Origin: an uncultured Gammaproteobacteria bacterium
Lineage (GTDB): Bacteria > Patescibacteriota > Microgenomatia > UBA1406
NCBI GenBank assembly: GCA_964358525.1
Contig: CAYHPU010000003.1
Span: 1 to 36,591 of the forward strand
Direction: 5' to 3'
DNA: 36,591 bases
Each line of letters starts with the position of its first letter. Positions within the stretch are counted from its first letter, which is position 1. The notes below the pieces were generated by a model that was given only the letters and a program-made list of their open reading frames with translations, had not been told where the DNA came from and made no database searches. Shown here in pieces: positions 9,185-19,108 of the stretch. A program made the translations under genes and the position numbers.

Positions 9185-9788
9185 CATTCTCTAGGTAAGA
9201 AATTACCACATTCGCAATCATTTTATGTCCTGCAGCCTTTGGATGCACACTGTCTAGTAACATGTTTTTATATCCCTTTTTTTCAAGTTCGTCGTACAAT
9301 TCTATCTTTGATACTTTTTGTTCTTCACAAACTTCAGATATGTAGCCATCATATTTCTTTACATCTTTATTGTTAAATAACAAATTCTTAAACAATCTCT
9401 CATCTACGGGTGTGAGTCCAACAATACACACATCACAGGAATAGTTACGTACCGTTCGAATAATTTTTACCACCGCTTCCTTAAATTCACTTTCCGGTGT
9501 TTGTTTTAGCGTCATCCAGTTATTCGTACAGCTATCGTTTATTCCCGCCGCAATAATCACGAGATTCTTTTCATTGGGAAAAATACGCTCAGTGAATTCT
9601 CTTTCAACTCTTTCTGCCATTCTCACCATTACTTCTCCAGGAATTCCCAAATTATAAACCTGCACATTACCTTCTTTCCCAATATTAAATTTTTCATCAA
9701 CATACTTTCGGAGTCGCGCTACCCACCCTCCTTCACTGTCCCACTTCCCATACGCAATCGAATCCCCAAAAACCAAAATTTTATTCAT
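9159..9788 (-). CDS. SGNH/GDSL hydrolase
   Basis: FGDSIAYG, NLGIPG, GIND, DSVHP blocks. Confidence 0.9.
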   Translation of the reverse strand: MNKILVFGDSIAYGKWDSEGGWVARLRKYVDEKFNIGKEGNVQVYNLGIPGEVMVRMAERVEREFTERIFPNEKNLVIIAAGINDSCTNNWMTLKQTPESEFKEAVVKIIRTVRNYSCDVCIVGLTPVDERLFKNLLFNNKDVKKYDGYISEVCEEQKVSKIELYDELEKKGYKNMLLDSVHPKAAGHKMIANVVISYLENEIATLRQV

Positions 9789-9809
9789 ATAGTGATTCTA
9801 TCAGATTTC

Positions 9810-9871
9810 GTAGGGGCGAGGTCTCCCCGACCAAACTCCCGAACCGTAGGGGCGGACCCCCGTGTCCGCCC
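9810..9871. repeat. Two GTAG-tagged REPs
   Basis: GTAGGGGCGAGGTCTCCCCGACC and GTAGGGGCGGACCCCCGTGTCCGCCC. Confidence 0.75.
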
Positions 9872-9900
9872 AAACAACTAAAGAAAATTTGGTCCAATGT

Positions 9901-10278
9901 TTATTTATCTCCTATTACTTGAATTAAATTCTCGTCCAAATCATAAAACGTTGCGAAATATTTATCAAACGTCGGTGCTTTAAATGGAGTTGCCAAAAAT
10001 TTTACTCCTTTTGCCAAGAGCGCTGTATATGTTTCTTCAACAGATGCAACGGTAATATTAAACATATGCCGACTCTTATCTTTATTTTTTCCATGCACCT
10101 CCGAGTGTTGCCCAATCCATAGCCATGCGCCACCCTTTTCAAATTCAAAAAGCACTCCAGTGTCTTGCGGATGGTTCAGCTCTTCAACAACTTTGAGATT
10201 TAGTTTCTCTCTATACCAATCTGCAAGCTTTCTAAAATCTTCCGACCAAATTAAAACAGTAGAAATATTCTCAAACAT
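9901..10278 (-). CDS. VOC/glyoxalase-family protein
   Basis: LADWYREKLNL ... ATFYDLDENLIQV pattern, 125 aa. Confidence 0.85.
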   Translation of the reverse strand: MFENISTVLIWSEDFRKLADWYREKLNLKVVEELNHPQDTGVLFEFEKGGAWLWIGQHSEVHGKNKDKSRHMFNITVASVEETYTALLAKGVKFLATPFKAPTFDKYFATFYDLDENLIQVIGDK

Positions 10279-10284
10279 TGTATT

Positions 10285-11070
10285 TTATAAACTTATAATT
10301 CCTAGGGTCGCTCCCTTTAGGGTGCGACCCTCAATGAAATCCCACAGTATTCTATTAAACTCCTCCGGTTTTTCCATATTACTCATATGTCCCGCTCCTA
10401 TAATAACTTTTTTTTGAGAATTTTTTATACCTTTATGTAATATGTCCGCAATTGTCTGAAAGTAGGGTAGGTCATTCTCACCGGTGATAATTAAGGTTGG
10501 AACTAATATCTCTTGTAAACGACTTAATGCAGGCATTGACAACTTCTCTTTCATGTCATTATTCAGCCAATGCCACCCGGAATAACCCGAAACTATTGTT
10601 TCAAGTTCTTTTAAGACTGTACTATTTTCCCACGTTGTTTTAAAAACCTCATGGTTCATCCAATTTTTCTTTGCTTTATCGATACCTTGTTCTTTGGCAA
10701 AAACTCTCCAGTCAACCGTACTTGCATATCCACCAAGTGACGAATCAGCGATCACGAGTGATAAGACAAATTCCGGATAGGTGAGTGTAAAATCTATCGC
10801 AACTTCTCCTCCAAGTGATAAGCCAACAATATGGGCTTTCTTGATTTTGTTGAATTCGAGTATATCTCGTAAATCGTTGTGGTGACTATATGGTTTGTGC
10901 GGAACAAGAGATTTCCCAAACCCCCGCATGTCATACGACAATGTTTGATAATTTCTTGAGAAGAGTTTAACCTGCTCGTTCCATATTCTGTGGTCTAGGG
11001 TAAATCCATGAATAAATACAATTGCGTCACCCGTTCCCTTAATTTCAGAATAGATACTTCCTGTTTTCAT
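10285..11070 (-). CDS. Alpha/beta hydrolase
   Basis: FIHGF, YDMRGFGKS, GLSLGG nucleophile elbow, GAGHMSNME; C-terminal EGRTLKGATLG is REP-derived. Confidence 0.92.
   Translation of the reverse strand: MKTGSIYSEIKGTGDAIVFIHGFTLDHRIWNEQVKLFSRNYQTLSYDMRGFGKSLVPHKPYSHHNDLRDILEFNKIKKAHIVGLSLGGEVAIDFTLTYPEFVLSLVIADSSLGGYASTVDWRVFAKEQGIDKAKKNWMNHEVFKTTWENSTVLKELETIVSGYSGWHWLNNDMKEKLSMPALSRLQEILVPTLIITGENDLPYFQTIADILHKGIKNSQKKVIIGAGHMSNMEKPEEFNRILWDFIEGRTLKGATLGIISL
10304..10338. repeat. AGGGTYGC...GCRACCCTCAATGAA palindrome family (copies 10304-10338, 14606-14640, 15950-15995)
   Basis: Three near-identical copies in the same orientation at gene 3' ends. Confidence 0.85.
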
Positions 11071-11092
11071 GTGTCTATTTTACCAATTCTAA

Positions 11093-11174
11093 AACCCCTC
11101 CCCATTTGGGGTTTGTGATTTATGATTTGTTTCGTCCGCCAACTGGCGGATTTCGACATTCGGATTTCGGATTT
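11093..11174. repeat. Heptad-repeat arm with nested TCCGCCAACTGGCGGA
   Basis: Matches 3389-3425 apart from a 14-nt insert and a substitution. Confidence 0.75.
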
Positions 11175-12645
11175 AATCTAAAGAAATAGTCCTTCCTATT
11201 CCAATTCTCTCCAAAAAATACCTATCGTGCGAACTTACCAGTAGTGTTCCTCGGTAGTTTCGCAGCGCCTCTTCAATAAGTTCCCGCGTTTGTATTTCAA
11301 TATGATTTGTTGGCTCGTCAAGTAGTAGGAGCTGATAACTTCCCGACAATAATTTTAAAAACTCCACTTTTGTCTGTTGCCCAACGCTCAGCGTATTCAT
11401 TTTTGTATTCATTATTTCGCGCGAGAGTAAAAACTTTTTTGCCTGTCGGTGTACTTCGCTGGTTGATGTACCATCTTTCTGAAGCTCCTCTAAAACGGTC
11501 ATGTCAGACGGATACATCCGCTGTTCTTGTGAAAAATATCCTGTTTTAATTCCCGGACCCAAGTTTACTTCGCCAGAGTCGGCTCGTAGATTTCCGCGAA
11601 TAATATTGAGTAATGTAGACTTTCCACTTCCATTCCTCCCCGAAAACCAAACACGCTCACCTCCGTCTATTATGAATGATAAGTCAGAAAACACTAAATG
11701 TTCTTCAAAACTTTTCGAGATTTTTTTCACTTCTAGAACTGTTTTCCCTTTTATCGCAACACCTGCGAGTTTTGCGTTATATTTCCTTACTTCTTCCGGC
11801 TTCTCAAGATGTTCTTCATTTTCGAGTATCCGCTCTATTCGTGAGCGTTGAGTTACTGCTCGACGAACAATTTTTGCCGCCTGCTTCCGATAGTGAAAAT
11901 GGATTGTTTCCGCTTCTATGCTACGCGCATGAACTGTTAAGTCTTTTATAGATTGCTCAAGCTTCCGTATATTCTTCTCCTGTTCATCGTAGTGCCGCTT
12001 ATATGCCTCCGCCTGTTTCCTTTTTTCTTCAATATATAAAGAATAATTACCACCATACAATGTACATTTCCCATCTTTTAACTCAATTATTTTCTCAACA
12101 ACGCCGTCAAGAAGTGCCCGGTCATGCGAAACAATAAATACCATTCCTTTGAAGTGTTTAACAAAGTGCTCAAGCCACACAATTCCTTCTAGGTCTAAAT
12201 TATTTGTTGGTTCGTCTAGTATAAGCGCGGTAACTTCTGGTGTTTGAAGAAGTAGGGAAGCAAGTGCTACTTTTGTCTTTTGCCCCTCGCTCAAAGAAGA
12301 GCAGGGAACCGTCATTACTCGAGCATCAAGTTTTACTCGGCTAAATATTTTTCGAATAACGTGTTCGTCCTCCATGTTTATTCCAAGCGAAGACAGATAC
12401 ATTTCGACCGTTTCAGTAATTCCCTTCAGTGGCTCTTGAGACAAATAGCCAAATACTTCCTTTTCTTTTGTTACACTCCCATCGTCTTGTTTCTCAAGCC
12501 CCATAACAATGCGGAATAATGTGGTTTTTCCTGCGCCATTGTCTCCCACTAGCGCAACTTTTTCCCCACTATTAATTACCACGCTTACGTTGTCTAAGAC
12601 CTGCTTGCCTTGAAAGTTTTTTGAAATGTTTGTTAGCTTCAACAT
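11173..12645 (-). CDS. ABC-F ATPase (tandem NBDs, no TM), possible ribosomal protection protein
   Basis: GDNGAGKTT/LSEGQ/LDEPTNNLD and GRNGSGKST/LSVGQ/LDEPTNH; helical linker. Confidence 0.9.
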   Translation of the reverse strand: MLKLTNISKNFQGKQVLDNVSVVINSGEKVALVGDNGAGKTTLFRIVMGLEKQDDGSVTKEKEVFGYLSQEPLKGITETVEMYLSSLGINMEDEHVIRKIFSRVKLDARVMTVPCSSLSEGQKTKVALASLLLQTPEVTALILDEPTNNLDLEGIVWLEHFVKHFKGMVFIVSHDRALLDGVVEKIIELKDGKCTLYGGNYSLYIEEKRKQAEAYKRHYDEQEKNIRKLEQSIKDLTVHARSIEAETIHFHYRKQAAKIVRRAVTQRSRIERILENEEHLEKPEEVRKYNAKLAGVAIKGKTVLEVKKISKSFEEHLVFSDLSFIIDGGERVWFSGRNGSGKSTLLNIIRGNLRADSGEVNLGPGIKTGYFSQEQRMYPSDMTVLEELQKDGTSTSEVHRQAKKFLLSREIMNTKMNTLSVGQQTKVEFLKLLSGSYQLLLLDEPTNHIEIQTRELIEEALRNYRGTLLVSSHDRYFLERIGIGRTISLD

Positions 12646-12810
12646 AGGCTTGTATATATTGTACTGATAATAGTGAACACAAACAGAACAGGAACAGAAG
12701 GGTTAAAGAATAATTAGCAATTTTTCATGGGTTCCAATTGATATCTGTATTATACCATAGTTACTTAAGCTCCTTAAGTAACTTAAGTACCTTAGCGTTA
12801 TAATAAACAT

Positions 12811-14592
12811 ATGAAAAACTCCGCAGACCGTTACACCGAGGAATCAAAACAGTTTGGCTGGCATAGCCTTTACAAAGCCATAGTGCTTTTCTCGGGAAAG
12901 CATAAAAACAAATTTATTACTCTCAATGTAATTCTTTTTGCAACACATGCATTTGAAGTTGTCCCTCCTATTTTAATAGGGAAAATTGTGGATACGCTTA
13001 CAAATGCAACATCAAACCCACAATATATTCAAGAATTTTACTCCTACATCTCCTTTATGACCGTTTCCCTTGCAGTTGTTGCAATTACACGACTCACCAT
13101 CAAACGCCACATCGGCGATCTTATTGCAATAATTGTATACGACATCCGGGTAACCGGATTCGAGAAGCTTCTTGAACATAGTATCGCGTGGCAAGGTTCA
13201 GAAAATACCGGAAACAAAGTGCAAAGAATTCAAAATGGAGCAAGTGGTCTTAACCAGTTTATACGTTTTTTAAATAATGAAATATTGTACTCTTTTGCAG
13301 TTATTTTGGGTTTTGTTGTAATTTTCTTTTTTATTAGGCCTGTCTATATTTTGTTTTTCTCTGTATATCTTATAGGTTTCTGTGGCATACTCCGTTTTTT
13401 CTATACAAAGATCAATGCAATAAACAATGCGTATTATAAATCTATGGAACAGTCGAGCGGCTCTTTTATAGAAGGAATTAGTAATGTTCTCACTATTAAA
13501 TCACTCGGCGCCGCAGATTCTTTTAAGTCTGTTGTAGCACACAAAGAACTTATTATAAAGCACCATAACAACACTCTTCGACTACTCGGTACAAACATGT
13601 GGATTTGGTATCAGATATTCAATGGAATTTCTTACGGCATATTTCTCTTATTTGTTGGAAATGATGTACTTGCAAAAACTCTCTCAATTGGTTCCCTGGT
13701 AATTTTCTACGGGTATCTAAATCGGCTCATAAATGTTACTGGTGAGCTTCTTTTTTCATACGATCAAATTCTAGACTCTAAAGCAGCCATTGCCCGCATG
13801 ATGCCCATTTTTGAAGAAAAATCTGCCATTCATTTTGGTATGCAACAATTTCCCAGAGATTGGAATTCTATCTCTCTTAAAAATGTTTCGTTTCAATATA
13901 TAAAAGATAACGAAACCAAAGAGGCGCTACAAGAAATATCACTCACCGTTCCTCGTGGTAACAAAATAGGTATTGTTGGCCAAACCGGGTGTGGAAAATC
14001 CACTCTCGCCAAATTACTCATGGGAGTTTATAACATTGAACAAGGCGATTATAAAATTGGAAATACAAGTTTTTATGATGTTTCCCATGAAGAGATTACC
14101 AATCGTATAGCAATTGTTCTCCAGGAATCAGAAATGTTTAATCTCACCATTTCTGAGAATATAACACTTATGAAAGAAGTCGACGAAGTGCTTCTTACAA
14201 ATGCAATTAAAATAGCCCGTCTTGAAGAAGTTATAGCCCGTTTACCACAGGGGCTTGAAACGCTTATTGGTGAAAAAGGGTATCACCTTTCAGGAGGTGA
14301 GCGTCAACGCGTTGGTATAGCACGCGCCATAGTTAAAAATGCAGACATTCTTATTTTTGACGAGGCAACTTCCTCTCTCGACAGCGAAACAGAATCCGCA
14401 ATTCAGAAACAGATAGATAGCGAACTCGCAGACAAAACAATTATCTCTATCGCGCACCGCGTAACAACACTCAAAAATGTGGATGTTATTTATGTATTTG
14501 AAAAGGGGAAAATAGTGGAGCAAGGAACCTACACGTCTCTTTCTGAAAACAAATCATCTCTATTTTCAACTCTCTACGCCTCGCAAATCTAA
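12811..14592 (+). CDS. ABC exporter (fused permease + ATPase, MsbA/MDR-like)
   Basis: N-terminal TM helices; GQTGCGKST, LSGGERQR, DEATSSLD, AHR. Confidence 0.92.
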   Translation: MKNSADRYTEESKQFGWHSLYKAIVLFSGKHKNKFITLNVILFATHAFEVVPPILIGKIVDTLTNATSNPQYIQEFYSYISFMTVSLAVVAITRLTIKRHIGDLIAIIVYDIRVTGFEKLLEHSIAWQGSENTGNKVQRIQNGASGLNQFIRFLNNEILYSFAVILGFVVIFFFIRPVYILFFSVYLIGFCGILRFFYTKINAINNAYYKSMEQSSGSFIEGISNVLTIKSLGAADSFKSVVAHKELIIKHHNNTLRLLGTNMWIWYQIFNGISYGIFLLFVGNDVLAKTLSIGSLVIFYGYLNRLINVTGELLFSYDQILDSKAAIARMMPIFEEKSAIHFGMQQFPRDWNSISLKNVSFQYIKDNETKEALQEISLTVPRGNKIGIVGQTGCGKSTLAKLLMGVYNIEQGDYKIGNTSFYDVSHEEITNRIAIVLQESEMFNLTISENITLMKEVDEVLLTNAIKIARLEEVIARLPQGLETLIGEKGYHLSGGERQRVGIARAIVKNADILIFDEATSSLDSETESAIQKQIDSELADKTIISIAHRVTTLKNVDVIYVFEKGKIVEQGTYTSLSENKSSLFSTLYASQI

Positions 14593-14618
14593 CAACGCGT
14601 TTCCCAGGGTTGCTCCCT

Positions 14619-15179
14619 TTAAGGTGCAACCCTCAATGAACTTAATAATGTTTTTACAACTTTATATTCCGGCCCCAGTTCTTTTCTCACCTGCTCTAAA
14701 CTTATGGCATCCCACTTTTCTTCTAATTTATTTTTGAGTAGTGTGACTAGATCAGAGAATTCCATCTCACGAAAATATCGTACTGCATACATAAATCCTT
14801 CAACGGACGCAAATCGATAACAATCTGCATTACAACAGATTTCAGATTCAAGGCTGTAGAATTTTTTTGCTCCATGGTGCTCAAGAACGCAGTAACGAAT
14901 ATTTTCTTTGTCTTCCGTGGATAGATTTGACCTCGAGAGTAGCTCGTTTGTCTTTCCAAGACACATTGTTACATGCTCCGCTAGTCTGTTTTCTTTAATT
15001 GCTCTACTAATAACACAGTCCATCAGTAACGTTCCTGCTTCAACGATTTTTTCATTTGCACCTAAAGCCAGAGCTAATTTCTTCCCTTTAGCACATGATA
15101 AGTCAATATGTTTCTGCACGGGACCGTCGATATATGCTATTTTCCGTACCTCTTCTAAAAACGCATCCATAGATTTCAT
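14619..15179 (-). CDS. HD-domain-like hypothetical protein (degenerate)
   Basis: H...LA..LGA....VEAGTLLMD...EHH...NAD resembles the HD fold with MD in place of HD. Confidence 0.6.
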   Translation of the reverse strand: MKSMDAFLEEVRKIAYIDGPVQKHIDLSCAKGKKLALALGANEKIVEAGTLLMDCVISRAIKENRLAEHVTMCLGKTNELLSRSNLSTEDKENIRYCVLEHHGAKKFYSLESEICCNADCYRFASVEGFMYAVRYFREMEFSDLVTLLKNKLEEKWDAISLEQVRKELGPEYKVVKTLLSSLRVAP

Positions 15180-15210
15180 TTTATACTTTTTTCTACTGTC
15201 CCTAAGGTCT

Positions 15211-15933
15211 TTAAGGAGAATTTTTTATAAAAGAAATTCCAACCTCAGTCATCTTCTCTAGTGCTTTTTTCTCTTCCTCATTTTGTGGAAACAAAAGACT
15301 GTGTGCGCCTCCTTTCAGCTCTATATAATTTGTCATTGCGAGCGGAGCGAAGCAATCTCGATACCTTACCTTAACCTCTTCCGGAATAACAGTGTCCTTG
15401 TCTCCATACACAACTAATACTTTCCCTTGATATTTTGAGAGATCATCAAAAACGGTAGAATTCTCCCAACTTCCCGGGGCACGAATAATCCGGGTAAATT
15501 CTTCGTTGAGTGGAATATTTTCTGCTTCTTTTCCATACGCTGCAGCGCATTGGAGAATGACACCGTATGGATTGATAGTATTAAGTAGTTTACACGCAAC
15601 ATGCGCTCCCATACTCGCTCCCCATAAATAAAAATGAGAATTATCTAGTTTTGTTTCTGTAAGAAAATATGAGATTGCGTTGGTTGTATCTATTTCTCTA
15701 TTTACTAAACTGCCGTCAGAAAATATTCCTTCACTTTTCCCACACCCACGAAAATCAAACGCAAAAGACGCTATGTTATTTTTGTAACATTCGCTTTGAA
15801 GATATGCATACCGGATAGAAGTTGATGCACCACCTCCGTGTAAAAACACCACGCCACGATCATATGCGTCAGGAACATACAGCCTCCCAAACAACACATT
15901 TCTCTCGGATTTAAAATATATTTCTTTATTCAT
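15211..15933 (-). CDS. Alpha/beta hydrolase with internal REP-encoded peptide
   Basis: FLHGG, FDFRGCGKSEG, GASMGA, GDKDTVIP, GGAH; RDCFAPLAMT is encoded by the REP at 15331-15358. Confidence 0.9.
   Translation of the reverse strand: MNKEIYFKSERNVLFGRLYVPDAYDRGVVFLHGGGASTSIRYAYLQSECYKNNIASFAFDFRGCGKSEGIFSDGSLVNREIDTTNAISYFLTETKLDNSHFYLWGASMGAHVACKLLNTINPYGVILQCAAAYGKEAENIPLNEEFTRIIRAPGSWENSTVFDDLSKYQGKVLVVYGDKDTVIPEEVKVRYRDCFAPLAMTNYIELKGGAHSLLFPQNEEEKKALEKMTEVGISFIKNSP
15331..15358. repeat. TGTC-REP (TGTCATTGCGAGCGRAGCGNRGCAATCT) inside CDS
   Basis: Family copies at 9137, 17041 and 23483. Confidence 0.85.
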
Positions 15934-15997
15934 TTTGGGTTCTTGTCCCAGGGTCGCTCCACTCCGCAGTAGCGGAGGGTGCGACCCTCAATGAATT

Positions 15998-16255
15998 TTA
16001 TTTTTTACACACCACATAATTCTGAATAAGCGTGCTATACATCAACGCATCTTCTTTATCTATTTCTCTACTAATCTTTGATAATAGAATTCTTATATAG
16101 GGAGCCACCGAGGACATTTTTACCTCTGATTTTCTCAAAATGGCTTCTTCTAAAAACCGCTGCGCCATTGCACTCGATCCACGATGAAGGCCCAGCGCAA
16201 CTCGTTTCAAATCGCTTGCAAGCGACTCAAGTATTATTTTATTTTTCAGATTCAT
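15998..16255 (-). CDS. Small helical hypothetical protein
   Basis: 85-aa ORF, -10-like TATACT upstream, amphipathic helices. Confidence 0.65.
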   Translation of the reverse strand: MNLKNKIILESLASDLKRVALGLHRGSSAMAQRFLEEAILRKSEVKMSSVAPYIRILLSKISREIDKEDALMYSTLIQNYVVCKK

Positions 16256-16293
16256 TTTTTTCAGTATACCAAACTTGCTGTATAATACCCTCC

Positions 16294-17034
16294 ATGCTTC
16301 TTTCCATTATTATTGCAACAACAATAGTAAGCTCTATTTCTCTTACGGGAGTGGTATTACTCGTTTGGAGGAAAATACTTTCCGAGAAGCTCACTCTCTA
16401 TCTCGTTGGGTTCAGCGCTGGCATTATGCTTGCAACTGCATTATTAGATCTCCTTCCAGAGGCAGTCCGCGAAGCAAATGGACAAAATATATTCATACCT
16501 GTTCTACTCGGAGTGGTGACGTTCTTTTTTATGGAACGTTTTATTTGGTGGTTTCACCATCATCATAATGAATCGCATAACATACACCCTACAACATACC
16601 TTATTATCTTTGGAGACAGTTTCCACAATATACTTGACGGCATAGCAATTGCCGCCGCTTTTTTAATAAATCCTGTAGTTGGGATAACAACAACAATCGC
16701 GATTATTGCTCACGAAATTCCACAAGAGATTGCCGACTTTACTATACTGATTCATGAAGGTTTGAGTAAAGGAAGGGCACTTTTTTTTAATTTCTTATCT
16801 TCGCTAACAGCTCTCTTTGGTGCACTTATTGGTTATTATTTTCTTTCTATGATAGAAAAAGTTATTCCACTTTTTGTTGCATTTTCTGCAGGAATGTTTA
16901 TTTATATTTCGTGTTCCGATCTTATTCCTTCGCTTCATGTAGAATTTAAGAAACAACGAAAATGGGAACAAACTATACCGTTTGTTTTAGGAATCGTCCT
17001 TATGTACCTTCTTACGAATTTCCTACATGAGTAA
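16294..17034 (+). CDS. ZIP-family metal (zinc) transporter
   Basis: LLDLLPEA, His-rich loop, GDSFHNILDG, AHEIPQEIADF; ATG 16294 after TATAAT. Confidence 0.92.
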   Translation: MLLSIIIATTIVSSISLTGVVLLVWRKILSEKLTLYLVGFSAGIMLATALLDLLPEAVREANGQNIFIPVLLGVVTFFFMERFIWWFHHHHNESHNIHPTTYLIIFGDSFHNILDGIAIAAAFLINPVVGITTTIAIIAHEIPQEIADFTILIHEGLSKGRALFFNFLSSLTALFGALIGYYFLSMIEKVIPLFVAFSAGMFIYISCSDLIPSLHVEFKKQRKWEQTIPFVLGIVLMYLLTNFLHE

Positions 17035-17040
17035 ACTAAA

Positions 17041-17068
17041 TGTCATTGCGAGCGAAGCGCGGCAATCT
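17041..17068. repeat. TGTC-REP between convergent genes
   Basis: TGTCATTGCGAGCGAAGCGCGGCAATCT. Confidence 0.85.
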
Positions 17069-17069
17069 A

Positions 17070-17669
17070 TTACTTAATACTTTTAAGTATTTCAAAATCC
17101 TTCTTCATCTCGGGTAGTAGCGACCGTTGGTACGTTGCAACGGCTGGGTGATAAAAGGGGATTATCGTCACATTCCCATACCCAGCGGGTGCACTAAACT
17201 TCTTCCCATGAATTCTACTAATTGTCTGCAAATCCTTTTCGAGTCCAAATTTATTCATAATGTACGCCATAGAATACCTTCCAAGTGTCGCGATTATTTT
17301 TGGCTGGATAATATTAATTTGTCGATCTAAAAAGGGCGCGTAAAGCGCTATTTCGTCGAGCGTGGGATCACGATTTTCCGGTGGACGGTCTTTCACGATA
17401 TTTGTCACATATACTGTTTTGCGATCTATTCCTGCATGAGCAAGTAGCTCGTCTAGTATTTTTCCTGCCGCTCCACAAAATGGTCGCCCTTGTTCCGCTT
17501 CATTTCTCCCTGGCGCCTCCCCTACAAATAAAATTGTTGCAAAGTGGTTTCCTTCACCAATAACGGGATGATATTTATTCTCGGTACGATATGTATAAAG
17601 AGGGGATTGTGTTAATGCGAGTACTTCTTCTTTTATCTGTCGCAGTTGTTCATATCGTTCATTTTCCAC
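17070..17669 (-). CDS. Uracil-DNA glycosylase, family 4-like (lacks Fe-S cysteines)
   Basis: FVGEAPG, GRPFCGAAG, TNIVKDRPPENRDP, YHPA. Confidence 0.92.
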   Translation of the reverse strand: MENERYEQLRQIKEEVLALTQSPLYTYRTENKYHPVIGEGNHFATILFVGEAPGRNEAEQGRPFCGAAGKILDELLAHAGIDRKTVYVTNIVKDRPPENRDPTLDEIALYAPFLDRQINIIQPKIIATLGRYSMAYIMNKFGLEKDLQTISRIHGKKFSAPAGYGNVTIIPFYHPAVATYQRSLLPEMKKDFEILKSIK

Positions 17670-17694
17670 GAGAAAATTCTAGCATATTCTTTTT

Positions 17695-19077
17695 GTGCTA
17701 TATTTATTTGTAATCGTGAAAGATATTTTGCGTGCAGCCACAGGAACATTCTTTCTTATAACCCTATTACTTTGTTTATTCCTTGGAGCGGTGCAGACTA
17801 AGCTGTTGCAGGCACAATATTGGACAACCGCAATTGAAAAAAGCGGCGCATACACCGAACTTTTGCTGAAGATAGACAGCCTACAAGAAGAGTCAAATGC
17901 TGTTACCCTTTCGAAAGGACTTGCCCCTATTAAAATAAGCGGCATGCTTACCGAATCTCGAATTCGAGAGCTCGTAAATGAAAATGTAAACCGCGCGCTA
18001 GATTTTCTCCAAGGAAAAACTACCACACTAAAATTCTATACACCATTCAAAGAATGGAATATTCCTATTGAAGCGCCCAAAGAAGTGGGACTGGGTGAAC
18101 TCGCGGTAATGTTAAAAATGACAAGCGCACAGCTGAAACAAACTACCCAATCGCTGACAACTATGCAAAGTGTAGTTAGAGCCATTGTGCTTGTTAATTG
18201 GGGAATAGCAATCTTTACTGGAGTACTTCTTATAATGCACTTCTTACTAGGAAAGCAATTAAAAGATACGGCTGCACTATTATTAACAAGTGGTCTTATA
18301 ACGGCGGGAATTGGTAGTCTTGGAGCACTAATAGGTATGCTGCTATCTCAAGACAAACAACTCCCCTCGTGGGGAAAAGCAATAATGCAACAATTGTTTT
18401 CAGATTTTTTTAGTTTTGGCCGCAATATAGGTTTAGGTCTCATGGTTGTAGGAGTGGTTGGGTTGATCCTAAGCAAATTTGTTCAAAAAAAACTTCCCGC
18501 AACAGGAAATTGGTTCGTAAGTGGAATTAAAAATAGTATTGGTGTTGCACTCGCTTTTGGATTGTTGCTTGGAATACTGTTTGCGACCGTGTATAGCTTG
18601 GGTGGGAAAATCAATCTTAATGTTAAACCAACCACAGACAACGCCTATACCTCAAAACAGGGATGGTCACTGCAAATTCCTAAAGACTGGAAGTCGCAGG
18701 TGAATACGCGCGGAACAACATTTACGAATAATAAAATTTTCATCGGTGTGGAACTGGTAGAACGAATGGCGGTTGTCGACGGAGGAAACTATGCCCAACT
18801 ACTGGTAAAAAACGTGTCGGCAAACCCACAGTTTAAAGGAACCTTCATGACAAAACCCCTTGCAGATGAGTGGCACGGGTGGAAACGATTTGTATTTGTA
18901 TACGATGACGCAAAAACAGACCCGCGTTTACCAATCCGCGCAATGCACTGGGAATTGTATCCACCAACAGGGAACGGCTATGGCATTTATGCTATTACGG
19001 CAATAGCTCACTGGAGTGCTTCGGAAAAAACCATTCTGCAAATCTTCGACACTTTCACCCTCTCTAAGCAACCCTAA
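17695..19077 (+). CDS. Multi-TM membrane protein with C-terminal PsbP-like extracytoplasmic domain
   Basis: Several hydrophobic segments then YTSKQGWSLQIPKDW ... ILQIFDTFTL; start may be GTG 17716. Confidence 0.65.
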   Translation: MLYLFVIVKDILRAATGTFFLITLLLCLFLGAVQTKLLQAQYWTTAIEKSGAYTELLLKIDSLQEESNAVTLSKGLAPIKISGMLTESRIRELVNENVNRALDFLQGKTTTLKFYTPFKEWNIPIEAPKEVGLGELAVMLKMTSAQLKQTTQSLTTMQSVVRAIVLVNWGIAIFTGVLLIMHFLLGKQLKDTAALLLTSGLITAGIGSLGALIGMLLSQDKQLPSWGKAIMQQLFSDFFSFGRNIGLGLMVVGVVGLILSKFVQKKLPATGNWFVSGIKNSIGVALAFGLLLGILFATVYSLGGKINLNVKPTTDNAYTSKQGWSLQIPKDWKSQVNTRGTTFTNNKIFIGVELVERMAVVDGGNYAQLLVKNVSANPQFKGTFMTKPLADEWHGWKRFVFVYDDAKTDPRLPIRAMHWELYPPTGNGYGIYAITAIAHWSASEKTILQIFDTFTLSKQP

Positions 19078-19108
19078 CTCCCCTAAACCACCCTTACTCA
19101 CCCTTAAT

